Assembly (NCBI GenBank): GCA_963837955.1
Contig: CAWIPH010000002.1
Location: 3,808,001 to 3,872,000, forward strand
DNA from: an uncultured Verrucomicrobiae bacterium
Lineage (GTDB): Bacteria; Verrucomicrobiota; Verrucomicrobiia; Chthoniobacterales; JAFAMB01
DNA length: 64,000 nt
Direction: 5' to 3'
Shown: piece after piece, positions 48,417-59,635 of the stretch
Numbering within the stretch: the first letter of the stretch is position 1
How the letters are laid out: the number at the start of each line of letters is the position of its first letter
Notes under the pieces: model-generated
The model's database searches: none
What the model saw: the letters and a program-made list of their open reading frames with translations, nothing else
Told to the model about the DNA's origin: nothing
Position numbers and translations under genes: made by a program

Positions 48417-51400
48417 ATGTGGATCGTAAATCTCGCTCTTCGTAGGCCTTACACCTTCATCGTCCTCGCGATTTTCATTCTAATCGCCGGCGTGCTGTCG
48501 ATTCTCAGCACACCTAAGGATATCTTTCCGAGTATCAATATACCGGTCATTTCGGTGATCTGGAACTACAACAGCCTCTCTCCCGAGGACATGGAGAGCC
48601 ACATCGTATGGCCGTACGAACGGGTGCTCACCACGACGGTCGACAATATCGAACATATTGAATCCCAATCTTTATACGGGATTGGGGTAGTGAAGATCTT
48701 CATGCAGCCTACGGCCAGTGTTCCGACGGCTATCGCTCAAGTCACTTCCGTCTCTCAGGCCATCCTGCGACAGCTGCCAACCGGCACCACACCGCCTCTG
48801 GTCCTCAGTTATAGTGCCTCTAATGTGCCTGTCCTTCGCGTCGGTTTGAGCAGCAAGGAGCTCTCCGAGCAGCAACTGAACGACTTCGCGCTGAATTTCG
48901 TCCGAACGCAGCTGATCACCGTGCCCGGCGCATCCGTGCCATATCCATACGGCGGAAAGCAGAAATATGTCTCGGTCGATTTAAACTATCCGGCCTTGCA
49001 AGCTCACGGGCTACAGCCGGTCGACGTAATCAATGCGATTAACGCGCAAAATGTGATTCTGCCCTCCGGCACCGCGAAATTCGGTCCAACCGAATATCAA
49101 GTCGGCCTAAATTACAGTCCGCTCGCGGTGGAAGAGTTCAATTCTATCCCGGTGAAAGTAATCGGCAATTCGACGATTTACGTTCGTGATGTTGCCAATG
49201 TGCGGAACGGGAACATTCCGCAAACGAACATCGTACGATTCGACGGCTCGCGCGCCACCATGCTCGATATCCAAAAAACCGGGAATGCTTCCACATTGGA
49301 TATTGTTAATGGTGTGAAGACCAAACTGCCGGAGATCAAAAAGACGCTTCCGGACAGTCTGAATCTCAGCTTTCTCACCGACCAATCACTGTTTGTAAAT
49401 GCGGCAATCGAGGGGGTGGTACGCGAATCAATCATCGCTGCCTGTCTTACCGCAATCATGATCTTGCTGTTCCTCGGTGATTGGAAAAGCACTCTCATCA
49501 TCGTTATTTCCATTCCGCTCTCCATCCTCTCGTCACTGGTGATATTGAGCGCGTTACACGAAACGATAAACATCATGACCTTGGGCGGACTCGCGCTGGC
49601 GGTCGGTATCTTGGTCGACGACGCAACGGTGACGATTGAGAACGTCGACCGCAATTTAGCGGAAGGAAAATCGAACCTGGACGCGATCCGGGACGGAACC
49701 GCCCAAATCGCGATCCCCGCTTTTGTCTCAACCCTTTGCATTTGTATCGTGTTCGTCCCGATTTTCTTCCTGTCGGGAACGGCGAAATATCTGTTCGCGC
49801 CCCTGGCCGAATCAGTGATCTTCGCAATGCTCGCTTCGTACCTGCTTTCCCGAACACTGGTGCCGACACTCGCCATGTATTTCTTCGGTAAGGACGGCAA
49901 CCAAGGGTCGCATCCGACAGCGAAGAAGGGTGGCATTTTTGGTTGGTTCGGAGCTTTTCATCGTGGCTTTGACCGGCGTTTTGAAAGAATGCGCGAGTCT
50001 TACCGCGATCTTTTGAGTCTATTTCTTCGTCATGCCGGACTGGTTGGCCTCGGAGTCCTCATAGTGTTAATCGGTTCCTTTCTTTTAGTACCGTGGCTGG
50101 GCCAAGACTTTTTCCCGGCAGTCGATGCCGGTCGCTTTGACCTGCACGTCCGGATGAAATCGGGTACCCGGATCGAGGAAACCGCGCGGTCGGTCGACCA
50201 GATCGAAGGAATGATTCGTCAGGTTATTCCGAAAGAGCAGTTGCAAGGGATTATTGATAATATCGGCATACCGTATAGCGGGATCAATTTGTCATATAAC
50301 ACTACCGGAACGGTCAGTGCAGCTGATGGCGATATTATCGTATCACTCAACGCAGATCATGATCCTACCATCAGCTTCATGCGACAGATCCGGGAGCGCC
50401 TCCGGACTCAATTCCCTTCCGTGACTTATTGGTACCCGCCAGCAGATATCGTCGCCCAAATTTTGAACTTCGGGCTACCCGCCCCGTTTGATGTGCAGAT
50501 CGTAGGGGCAGACAAAGTTCACGACGCGGCCATTGCCAACAAGTTAGCCGATCAGATTAAACGGATTCCCGGGGCAGTGGATGTACGAGTGCAAGAGCCT
50601 CAGGATACGCCCCGGCTAAACGTCACGATCGATCGTACGCGCGCTGCTTTGTTGGGAATAACCGAAAACCAGGCCGCTACCAGTGTGCTGGGAGCATTGG
50701 CCGGGTCAAACCAGGTCGCTCCGAATTATTGGGTGGATCCGAAAAATGGTGTGAGTTACCAGGTCAACGCACAATCGCCCCAATATGATATTAACTCGTT
50801 AAACGCCTTGCTGAATGTGCCGGTCATTGGTACCGCCGGATTACCGCCGCAGATTCTCGGAAATATCTCCCAGATCTCGCGCGGCACGACTTCGCCGATC
50901 GAAGATCATTTCGATATCCGTCCGGTTATCAATGTCTATGGTAACGTCGATGGAAGAGATTTGGGGGCAGTTAGTTCCGAAGTTACGAAGCTAGTTGATC
51001 AGGCTCGCGGCACTCTGCCGAAGGGCAGCAGTATTGTCTTGCGCGGTCAGGTTCGGACCATGAACGACTCCTTCACTGGGTTATACCTGGGCCTGGCTTT
51101 TTCGATGGTACTTGTCTACCTGCTGATGGTTGTGAATTTCCAATCCTGGTCGGAGCCCTTTATCATCATCATGGCGTTGCCTTGCGCGCTCGCCGGTATT
51201 GTCTGGATGTTATTCCTGACCGGAACGACATTGAGTGTTCCGGCGCTAATGGGAGCGATCATGTGCATGGGGGTGGCAACCGCCAACAGTGTGTTGGTCA
51301 TTACGTTTGCCAACGAACAGTTTCAGGAACACCGCGACGCGTATCAGGCTGCACTGCAAGCTGGATACGTTCGGCTGAGGCCAGTCTTAATGACGGCAGG

Positions 51401-51605
51401 AGCGATGATTATAGGCATGGTACCGATGGCGCTGGGTCTGGGCGAAGGCGGTGAACAAAACGCGCCGCTCGGTCGAGCAGTAATCGGCGGATTAATCTTC
51501 GCCACGATCGCGACACTGTTCTTTGTGCCCACCGTATTCATGGTGATTCGTAGCCGGATAGGTGTGTCTCACTCATTGCCCTCCCCAGAACACGCGTCAT
51601 CCTAA
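48417..51605 (+). CDS. RND efflux transporter permease subunit
   Basis: 1062 aa; GILVDDATVTIEN, RLRPVLMT, PLGRAVIGG. Confidence 0.95.
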   Translation: MWIVNLALRRPYTFIVLAIFILIAGVLSILSTPKDIFPSINIPVISVIWNYNSLSPEDMESHIVWPYERVLTTTVDNIEHIESQSLYGIGVVKIFMQPTASVPTAIAQVTSVSQAILRQLPTGTTPPLVLSYSASNVPVLRVGLSSKELSEQQLNDFALNFVRTQLITVPGASVPYPYGGKQKYVSVDLNYPALQAHGLQPVDVINAINAQNVILPSGTAKFGPTEYQVGLNYSPLAVEEFNSIPVKVIGNSTIYVRDVANVRNGNIPQTNIVRFDGSRATMLDIQKTGNASTLDIVNGVKTKLPEIKKTLPDSLNLSFLTDQSLFVNAAIEGVVRESIIAACLTAIMILLFLGDWKSTLIIVISIPLSILSSLVILSALHETINIMTLGGLALAVGILVDDATVTIENVDRNLAEGKSNLDAIRDGTAQIAIPAFVSTLCICIVFVPIFFLSGTAKYLFAPLAESVIFAMLASYLLSRTLVPTLAMYFFGKDGNQGSHPTAKKGGIFGWFGAFHRGFDRRFERMRESYRDLLSLFLRHAGLVGLGVLIVLIGSFLLVPWLGQDFFPAVDAGRFDLHVRMKSGTRIEETARSVDQIEGMIRQVIPKEQLQGIIDNIGIPYSGINLSYNTTGTVSAADGDIIVSLNADHDPTISFMRQIRERLRTQFPSVTYWYPPADIVAQILNFGLPAPFDVQIVGADKVHDAAIANKLADQIKRIPGAVDVRVQEPQDTPRLNVTIDRTRAALLGITENQAATSVLGALAGSNQVAPNYWVDPKNGVSYQVNAQSPQYDINSLNALLNVPVIGTAGLPPQILGNISQISRGTTSPIEDHFDIRPVINVYGNVDGRDLGAVSSEVTKLVDQARGTLPKGSSIVLRGQVRTMNDSFTGLYLGLAFSMVLVYLLMVVNFQSWSEPFIIIMALPCALAGIVWMLFLTGTTLSVPALMGAIMCMGVATANSVLVITFANEQFQEHRDAYQAALQAGYVRLRPVLMTAGAMIIGMVPMALGLGEGGEQNAPLGRAVIGGLIFATIATLFFVPTVFMVIRSRIGVSHSLPSPEHASS

Positions 51606-51623
51606 CCAACAAACTTTGCGTGT

Positions 51624-52829
51624 ATGAAGGAAAGCATTTTGGAACCAAGCCCGCGTCCGGCCCCTCCGGCGGCCAAGCCACCAGTAAAAACCGGTCGTTT
51701 TCGGTTTCTTAAAATCTTTGTGGTAGTTGTCGTGATTGCCGCGGCCTGCCTGGTCGTTCTTGGAATTACGTCTCGCTCTGCTGCCACGAAACAGCTGCAG
51801 GCCCAATCGAACGCGACCGCCCAGACGATCGTCACCGTGGTAACTCCCGAGAGAGCACCGGTTAAGGTGCCGCTACAGCTTCCGGGAGAAACGAGAGCGT
51901 ACACTCAAGCTCCGATCTTCGCCCAAACCAGCGGGTACATGAAAAAATGGTACTTTGACATTGGCGCCAAAGTGAAAGGTGGAGACGTGCTGGCAGAACT
52001 GGACACTCCGGAAGTCGATCAGCAGCTCAACCAGTCCCGCGCTAACCTTAAACAGGCTCAGGCCGCGCTCGACCTTTCGCGGGCGACTTACAATCGTAAC
52101 AAAGAGCTATTCCAAAGGCACGTCATTGCGGGGCAGGACATTGACAATTCGACCGGCGACTTTCAGGTCAAGCAAGCCACCGTCAGCGCCGATGAAGCTG
52201 ACGTAAAACGGTTGGAAGCGCTGGAAGACTTTAAACTAATCAGAGCGCCTTTCGACGGGATAGTCACGAGCCGTAACACGGATGTTGGCGCACTGATCAA
52301 CTCGGGATCGGGTAACGCTCTTTTCACGATGGTTCAAATCTCTCCTTTGAGGATCTACGTAACCGTACCGGAAAACTTTTCGCACGCGGTCCACCAAGGA
52401 ATCCAAGCCGATCTGACCTTCAATGAGTTTCCCAATCGGCATTTCACGGCAACAGTCGTACGCACTGCCGGCGCAATCGATCCGACGACCCGAACCTTAC
52501 TCACGGAGCTGCAGGTTCCGAACGAATCGGATGAGCTTTTCCCGGGGGCCTATGCGCAGGTGCGGTTGCAAACCGAGAGCACCGACCGCGCATGGTTAGT
52601 GCCCGCCAACGTACTTCTCTTTCGGGAAGAAGGGGCCTCGGTTGGAATCGTTAAGCCGGACGGGAAGGTAGAAATTCGTCCGATCAAGATCGGTCGCGAT
52701 CTTGGATCGAGGCTTGAAGTCGTGGATGGTCTTGCCGAGAACGACCGCGTTATCGTCAATCCATCCGACAGCTTGGCTAGTGGCATGGTAGTTCAGCTGG
52801 CTCAGGGCGAAAAAAATAAAAAGGACTGA
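51624..52829 (+). CDS. RND efflux periplasmic adaptor (MFP)
   Basis: TM anchor, SGY..DIG, IRAPFDG, IDPTTRT, EVVDGL. Confidence 0.93.
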   Translation: MKESILEPSPRPAPPAAKPPVKTGRFRFLKIFVVVVVIAAACLVVLGITSRSAATKQLQAQSNATAQTIVTVVTPERAPVKVPLQLPGETRAYTQAPIFAQTSGYMKKWYFDIGAKVKGGDVLAELDTPEVDQQLNQSRANLKQAQAALDLSRATYNRNKELFQRHVIAGQDIDNSTGDFQVKQATVSADEADVKRLEALEDFKLIRAPFDGIVTSRNTDVGALINSGSGNALFTMVQISPLRIYVTVPENFSHAVHQGIQADLTFNEFPNRHFTATVVRTAGAIDPTTRTLLTELQVPNESDELFPGAYAQVRLQTESTDRAWLVPANVLLFREEGASVGIVKPDGKVEIRPIKIGRDLGSRLEVVDGLAENDRVIVNPSDSLASGMVVQLAQGEKNKKD

Positions 52830-52848
52830 TCGGTGAGCTAACCGCGAT

Positions 52849-52875
52849 GGCGCGGAATGGAGTCCGCGCCCTACC
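52849..52875 (-). repeat. GTAG-type REP
   Basis: Minus strand reads GGTAG-GGCGCGGA-CTCCAT-TCCGCGCC; lies between convergent genes. Confidence 0.75.
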
Positions 52876-53001
52876 GATGCCGAGGGGAAGAGTAGAGTGA
52901 TGCTTCAGCCTCGGTAGCCGAACCACCCCTGCATTCAATTGTCTGACCCAGCCGCAACACTGTCGCGACTGCCGGCTAGCCTATCAGATTCCTTTCGCTA
53001 C

Positions 53002-53772
53002 CTAATGCAAGACCGCCTCAGCGTGGCGAATGATTTTGGCGAAGTTGTGCGGATCCAGGCATGCTCCACCAACCAGCGCCCCGTCGATGCCGGGACGCCG
53101 CATCAATTCTTCAGTGTTCTCTGGCTTAACGCTTCCCCCATATTGGATCCGGATACGTTCCGCCGCGCCTACGTCGAACAATTTCCCAAGGACCGAGCGG
53201 ATAAAAAAATGAGCCTCCTCAGCCTGAGTTGGCGTCGCGCTCCGACCTGTCCCGATCGCCCAGACCGGCTCATAAGCGATCACGATCTCTGTAGCTTCTT
53301 TGGTTCGAACACCCTTTAGACCCAGTTCGAGTTGTGTTCGAAGCACTGTCTCTACCTCATTATTGTCGCGCTGGGCAGCTGACTCGCCGACACAGACGAT
53401 AGGGCGTAATCCGGCTTCCAAGGCTGCGTGGACCTTCCGGTTCACCGTTTCATCAGTCTCACCAAATAACGCCCGGCGCTCACTGTGTCCGAGTATGACA
53501 TATTTGACAAACAACGCCCGGAGCATTGTGGCGCTGATCTCCCCGGTGTAAGCGCCGCTTCGTTCCCAATACATGTTTTGCGCACCCACGCGAATGAAGG
53601 GCGCCTTTTCGGAAAATTGAGCCAATGTTGGAATCGAAGTAAATGGAGGGATCATCACGATCTCGACATCATCGACCTCGCCCATCTCAAGCAAAAACGC
53701 CTCCATGTAAGACGCCGCCTCCAAATGAGTAAGGTTCATCTTCCAATTCCCGGCTAAGATTTTCTTACGCAT
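53002..53772 (-). CDS. tpiA: Triosephosphate isomerase
   Basis: AGNWKMN, GHSERR, AYEPVWAIGTG, YGGSV, LVGGA. Confidence 0.98.
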   Translation of the reverse strand: MRKKILAGNWKMNLTHLEAASYMEAFLLEMGEVDDVEIVMIPPFTSIPTLAQFSEKAPFIRVGAQNMYWERSGAYTGEISATMLRALFVKYVILGHSERRALFGETDETVNRKVHAALEAGLRPIVCVGESAAQRDNNEVETVLRTQLELGLKGVRTKEATEIVIAYEPVWAIGTGRSATPTQAEEAHFFIRSVLGKLFDVGAAERIRIQYGGSVKPENTEELMRRPGIDGALVGGACLDPHNFAKIIRHAEAVLH

Positions 53773-53774
53773 GG

Positions 53775-54989
53775 CTATTTATCGGTAAGCGCAGCTACTC
53801 CAGGGAGCGTTCTACCTTCCAATAACTCGAGCGAAGCGCCTCCACCGGTAGAAATAAACGTCATACAATCAGCCAACCCAAACTGCTTTACCGCAGTCAC
53901 AGAATCACCCCCGCCAATAATGGTTTTGGCCGATGAGTGAGCCAAAGCCTCCGCCAAAGCCCTCGTTCCGGTTGCGAATTCAGGGATTTCAAATACTCCA
54001 ACTGGACCATTCCAAAGGATTGTCTTTGCTTTCTCGATCTCTGCCTGGAATCGCCGGATCGTTTCGGCTCCAATATCGACTGCCTCCCAACCCTCAGTGA
54101 TCCCGCGCTCCTTCGATAAAAGCGGCGTATTGCGGAAATGAGCACCTGGTTTGAACTCATCTGTCTCGATATTATCGACCGGAACTAGAAATTTTATTCC
54201 CTTTTGCTCGGCCAGCCTTAGCAATTCTTCCGCGAGATGCACTTTATCTTCCTCTACGCGACTGGCACCGGTCGGAATGCCCATTGCCCGGTAAAACGTA
54301 TAGGCCATTGCACCGCCAATCAGGATGACGTCGGCCTTTTCCATGAGCGCCTTGATGACCCCGATTTTATCCGAGACCTTCGCTCCCCCTAAAATCACCA
54401 GGAAAGGTCTCTCGGGATTGGCTAACTCATCCTGGAGGTATCGCAGCTCTTTCTCCATCAATAGACCCATGGCGGCGGGATGGAGGTAGCGAGCGACACC
54501 GGCAGTGCTGGCGTGAGCGCGATGCGCCGCGCCAAAGGCGTCGTTCACATACAAATCGCCAAGCCGGGCCAATTGCTGAGCAAACTCTGGATCATTCTCT
54601 TCTTCTTCGGCGTAAAAACGAACGTTCTCGATGAGCAGTACTCCACCATCCGGAAGCTGCCGGCTGGCTCTTTCGGCTTCCGGGCCAATCACTTCGGGAG
54701 AAAATTCGACTTTAGCGCTGAGGAGCTCGGCCAAACGTTTCGCTACGGGACGCAACGAATATTTCGGATTTGGTTTGCCTTTTGGGCGCCCAAAATGGGA
54801 GAGCAAAACAATCTTAGCCCCTCTTTCCCGAAGAAGATTGATGGTCGGCAAGCTCTCCCGTATTCGGGTATCATCGGTGATCCTAATTGCGCCATCGACC
54901 TCTTCGGTTGGCACATTAAAATCCACTCGAACAAGAACCCGGCGTCCCTTTACCTCCAGATCACGAACGGACAGTTTCGGCATGGGCAC
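53775..54989 (-). CDS. pgk: Phosphoglycerate kinase
   Basis: RVDFNVP, NDAFGAAHRAHAS, GGAKVSDKI, WNGP, STGGGASLE. Confidence 0.98.
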   Translation of the reverse strand: MPMPKLSVRDLEVKGRRVLVRVDFNVPTEEVDGAIRITDDTRIRESLPTINLLRERGAKIVLLSHFGRPKGKPNPKYSLRPVAKRLAELLSAKVEFSPEVIGPEAERASRQLPDGGVLLIENVRFYAEEEENDPEFAQQLARLGDLYVNDAFGAAHRAHASTAGVARYLHPAAMGLLMEKELRYLQDELANPERPFLVILGGAKVSDKIGVIKALMEKADVILIGGAMAYTFYRAMGIPTGASRVEEDKVHLAEELLRLAEQKGIKFLVPVDNIETDEFKPGAHFRNTPLLSKERGITEGWEAVDIGAETIRRFQAEIEKAKTILWNGPVGVFEIPEFATGTRALAEALAHSSAKTIIGGGDSVTAVKQFGLADCMTFISTGGGASLELLEGRTLPGVAALTDK

Positions 54990-54995
54990 ACAGCC

Positions 54996-56093
<1,098 letters not shown>

Positions 56094-56163
56094 CTAAAGA
56101 TCCTGCCTGAGGTAGGGACGGGCTCCCGCCGTCCGAACGCGCGGGAGCGCAATCGCTACCCGG

Positions 56164-56203
56164 AAAACAAACGAGCGTCGCGAATCCAAACTCACGACGC
56201 TCG
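56164..56203 (-). terminator. Probable intrinsic terminator after ftsH
   Basis: CGAGCGTCG...CGACGCTCG hairpin followed on the minus strand by TTTGTTTT. Confidence 0.65.
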
Positions 56204-56226
56204 CAAAAATTTACGAATGAAACGGA

Positions 56227-58245
56227 TTAAACGGGCGCTTCGGTCAAACCACCGAGACCTTCCGGTTCAGGCCGGTTGGCATCATCCGGCCGCGGCTCGA
56301 TCCGGACGGGCGGAATCGGAGGCGGAGGATTGATCAGCTTCCCGTAATTAATGATTTCGCGCACTTGCGTGCCATCCAATGTCTCGTATTCGAGCAACGC
56401 TTTGGCGATCCCGACCAAGACATCTTTGCGCTGCGTAAGGGCCTTCATTGCGCGTTGATAGGCATCGTCGCACAACCGTTTGACCTCGCGGTCGATCTCC
56501 TGAGCAGTCGCCTCGCTGTAGGCGCGAGAACGAGATATATCCCGGCCCAGGAACACGAAATCGTCGTGCTCGCCATATTCGACCATCCCAAGACGCTCGC
56601 TCATTCCCCATTCGCACACCATCTTTCGGGCAATCCCTGTGGCCATCCGGATATCTCCAGACGCACCGCTCGTTACGTCACCAAAGATCATCTCCTCAGC
56701 TACCCGGCCTCCCATGACCACAACCAGCCGATCGAGCAACTCGTTCTTGCGATTGTTGTACTTTTCCTCAGCCGGCAGATACATCGTCGACCCGAGCGAA
56801 GGGCCTCGAGGTATAATTGTGACCTTGTGCACCGGATCTGTGTGATCAAGCAACTCACAAAGCAACGCGTGGCCAGCTTCATGATAAGCCGTATTCTCTT
56901 TCTCTTTCTCGCTGATGGCCAAGCTTCGACGCTCCTTGCCCCAGCGCACTTTGTCGCGTGATTCTTCCAGCTCTGCCATCGTGATCGCCTTGAGGCCACG
57001 ACGCGCCGCTAACAGGGCCGCTTCGTTGATCACATTTGCCAACTCTGCTCCCGAGTAACCAGGAGTGCCGCGGGCAGCAACGCCCAGATCGACGCCTTCT
57101 GCCAATTTCACCCGTTTAGCGTGCACTCGCAGAATTTCTTCACGGCCTTTAACGTCAGGCAGATTTACGGTGATCTGGCGATCGAATCGTCCGGGTCGCA
57201 GGAGAGCAGGATCAAGCACGTCCGGGCGGTTCGTTGCCGCAATAATGATCACGCCTTCCTGAGTATCGAATCCATCCATCTCGACCAGGAGCGCATTGAG
57301 CGTCTGCTCACGTTCGTCATGTCCACCGCCCAAACCATGCCCACGATGACGCCCAACGGCATCAATCTCGTCGATGAAAATGATGCAGGGAGCAGATTTC
57401 TTCCCCTGTTCGAACATGTCTCGCACCCGCGAAGCTCCGACGCCGACAAACATTTCGACAAAGTCGGATCCGCTAATGCTGAAAAACGGCACATCCGCTT
57501 CGCCGGCAATCGCGCGTGCTAAGAGAGTCTTCCCAGTGCCGGGAGCCCCGACCATCAAAACACCCTTCGGGATCCGCCCACCAAGTTTTTGAAACTTCTT
57601 GGGGTCCTTTAGGAAATCGACAATCTCCTGTACCTCTTCTTTCGCTTCCTCGATACCGGCGACATCCTTAAACGTCACGCGATTCCGATCCCGAGCGAGC
57701 ATTCGTGCTTTACTCTTGCCGAACGACAAAGCGCCCTTTCCGGCGTTTCGGATTTGTTGGCGAAAGAGAAGATAAATCAGGAAGAAGAACAGCGCGATCG
57801 GCGCGAAGTTTAGCAACGCGGTCAGCATGACGTCGGAGTCAGCCCGGATGTCGACCTTATAGCCTTTGCCTTCCAGCTCGGACTTGAGATCTTTATTAAA
57901 CTCAAGAAAGACCGTGGTTTTGAAGCGATCCGGAGTGGTCGAGCCAGCGCCTGGCTTTCTCTCCTTATCGAACGCACCCCGCAAAACTTGCGTTGTCTTT
58001 CCCTCCGTAACGACGAGTTGCATCGGCTCATCTTTGCTGATGCGGCCCTCGTTCAGGTATTGTTGAAATTCGGTGAACGGAATGTCTTCTACGTTTCCGT
58101 AGCCTCCGTTCCTAGAAAAGAAAAACACCCCGAGCAACGTAATGGCAAAAGCGAAAAGCAGAATACCACGCCAATTAAAGTTATTGTCGTTGCCAAAATT
58201 TCGGGAGTTCTTGTCTTGTCTGGACCTTGGATCTTGTTCTGGCAT
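56227..58245 (-). CDS. ftsH: ATP-dependent zinc metalloprotease FtsH
   Basis: Two TM helices, [27 protein letters not shown]. Confidence 0.98.
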   Translation of the reverse strand: MPEQDPRSRQDKNSRNFGNDNNFNWRGILLFAFAITLLGVFFFSRNGGYGNVEDIPFTEFQQYLNEGRISKDEPMQLVVTEGKTTQVLRGAFDKERKPGAGSTTPDRFKTTVFLEFNKDLKSELEGKGYKVDIRADSDVMLTALLNFAPIALFFFLIYLLFRQQIRNAGKGALSFGKSKARMLARDRNRVTFKDVAGIEEAKEEVQEIVDFLKDPKKFQKLGGRIPKGVLMVGAPGTGKTLLARAIAGEADVPFFSISGSDFVEMFVGVGASRVRDMFEQGKKSAPCIIFIDEIDAVGRHRGHGLGGGHDEREQTLNALLVEMDGFDTQEGVIIIAATNRPDVLDPALLRPGRFDRQITVNLPDVKGREEILRVHAKRVKLAEGVDLGVAARGTPGYSGAELANVINEAALLAARRGLKAITMAELEESRDKVRWGKERRSLAISEKEKENTAYHEAGHALLCELLDHTDPVHKVTIIPRGPSLGSTMYLPAEEKYNNRKNELLDRLVVVMGGRVAEEMIFGDVTSGASGDIRMATGIARKMVCEWGMSERLGMVEYGEHDDFVFLGRDISRSRAYSEATAQEIDREVKRLCDDAYQRAMKALTQRKDVLVGIAKALLEYETLDGTQVREIINYGKLINPPPPIPPVRIEPRPDDANRPEPEGLGGLTEAPV

Positions 58246-58357
58246 ACACTAATAGATTTAAGAAACTAGCACATCGAACTCCGGGTGCAAAGAAAGCGCT
58301 TGCTTAGAATCGGCTCGCTCCCAAGGCGGGCACCCCGGAAAAGCCCTTGTATTTCCT

Positions 58358-58978
58358 TTAATCCCCCAGTAACTCCCTCAGTCTTTCCTGCGCTTTCATG
58401 GTTACAGGATAACCATGGGCGAACGTGAGAAGCCGAACCGAAAGACTTCGGAATTGCTGAATGGATGCCTGCAATTGTTTGGCATTCGTACAGTATCCCT
58501 CCGGGAGCAAACTGAATCCGTACCCGGGCAAGTGGATGAAAGCGTCTCCGAATGCCAGAATCTCCATGTCTGGCCTATAGATTGCCACCTCGCCCGGACT
58601 CGCACCGGAGAGATCGAAGATTTCAAGCTGATTCCAGTAGATCACGCCGGGTTTCAGTTCCTCATCCGGGGTAAACCCGAGCTCATGCTCGAGCCCGGCC
58701 GGCGCGAGGATCGGGATCTTCCACTGTCGCGCAAACACTCTGGCGGCTCGACCGTGGTTTCCGTTGGTCAGCAAAATTGCCCGAGGAACCGCCCCCTCGA
58801 CTAGCGCTGTCGCGGCCTCTGATGCCAACCGAATCGGATCGATAAAATAGAGCCCATCGTCGAGACGATGGGCACTACAGCTCAAATCCGTGCGGGAAGC
58901 AGGATCGTATTCCTGCCAAAAAGCGACGGCCTCATTCAGCCACGCAAAATCGCTCGCGCACGGCCCAATTGACATCAC
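58358..58978 (-). CDS. Metallo-beta-lactamase-fold-like protein (degenerate motif)
   Basis: IDP, LLTNGNHGR, SPGE, FGDA, FAHG; overlaps the stop of the upstream redoxin. Confidence 0.65.
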   Translation of the reverse strand: MMSIGPCASDFAWLNEAVAFWQEYDPASRTDLSCSAHRLDDGLYFIDPIRLASEAATALVEGAVPRAILLTNGNHGRAARVFARQWKIPILAPAGLEHELGFTPDEELKPGVIYWNQLEIFDLSGASPGEVAIYRPDMEILAFGDAFIHLPGYGFSLLPEGYCTNAKQLQASIQQFRSLSVRLLTFAHGYPVTMKAQERLRELLGD

Positions 58979-59577
58979 GGGGCGTATTTTACACTGCAGC
59001 CGTAAGGTCGCGTGGAGGTCAGCGCAACCGTTTGGCCACCCATGACAGCCTCTAACGCAGACTTCACGTAGTTCTTCGCCGTCTTTACATCTCCGAGGTC
59101 CGTGCTCGGTTTGTCGTCGATCGCTCCCTGGTACACCAGCGTGCCCTGAGGGTTGATGATGTACATGTCGGGGGTCGTCTTGGCTCCAAAGAGATGTCCT
59201 ACTTTACCATCCGGATCCAGCAGTAGCGCCGTGCAGGCAGATCTATTTTTTGTGGCGATCTGATTTAATTGAGAGGGCGGATAATTTCCCTCCTGACCCG
59301 AAGCCGAAGAATCAATGCTCAGCCAAACGACGCCCTTACTGACGTACTCCTTCTGGAGAGCTTGCATATTTCCGGAATTGTAATGCTTACGGACAAATGG
59401 ACAGTCCGGGTTATACCACTCGAGCACAACATACTTGCCTTTGTACTCTGAGAGGTGGTGGGTCTTTCCATTTGTGTCGGTCAGCGTGAAATCAGGCGCT
59501 CCCTTTCCTACCTGAACTTCAGCGAAGGTGACGCCGCAGCTGAAAGCGAGGGCTGTAATCAATAAGGTTCGAATCAT
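58975..59577 (-). CDS. Exported thioredoxin-fold (AhpC/TSA-like) redoxin
   Basis: Signal peptide, APDFTL, EWYNPDCPFV, TTP, YQGAIDD, PYGCSVKY. Confidence 0.9.
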   Translation of the reverse strand: MIRTLLITALAFSCGVTFAEVQVGKGAPDFTLTDTNGKTHHLSEYKGKYVVLEWYNPDCPFVRKHYNSGNMQALQKEYVSKGVVWLSIDSSASGQEGNYPPSQLNQIATKNRSACTALLLDPDGKVGHLFGAKTTPDMYIINPQGTLVYQGAIDDKPSTDLGDVKTAKNYVKSALEAVMGGQTVALTSTRPYGCSVKYAP

Positions 59578-59635
59578 AGGTTATTAATAGGTTGGCTAGA
59601 ACTGATACGAATCGAGGAAAAAAATCGGATGAGGC

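Noticed and set aside
49178..49936. Long antisense ORFs (also 9943-10698, 54480-55088, 56365-56961)
   Set aside because: Shadow frames of well-supported genes on the opposite strand.
53760..53790. PGK-TIM fusion by programmed frameshift
   Set aside because: Clean TAG, 2-nt gap and ATG, with no convincing slippery run.
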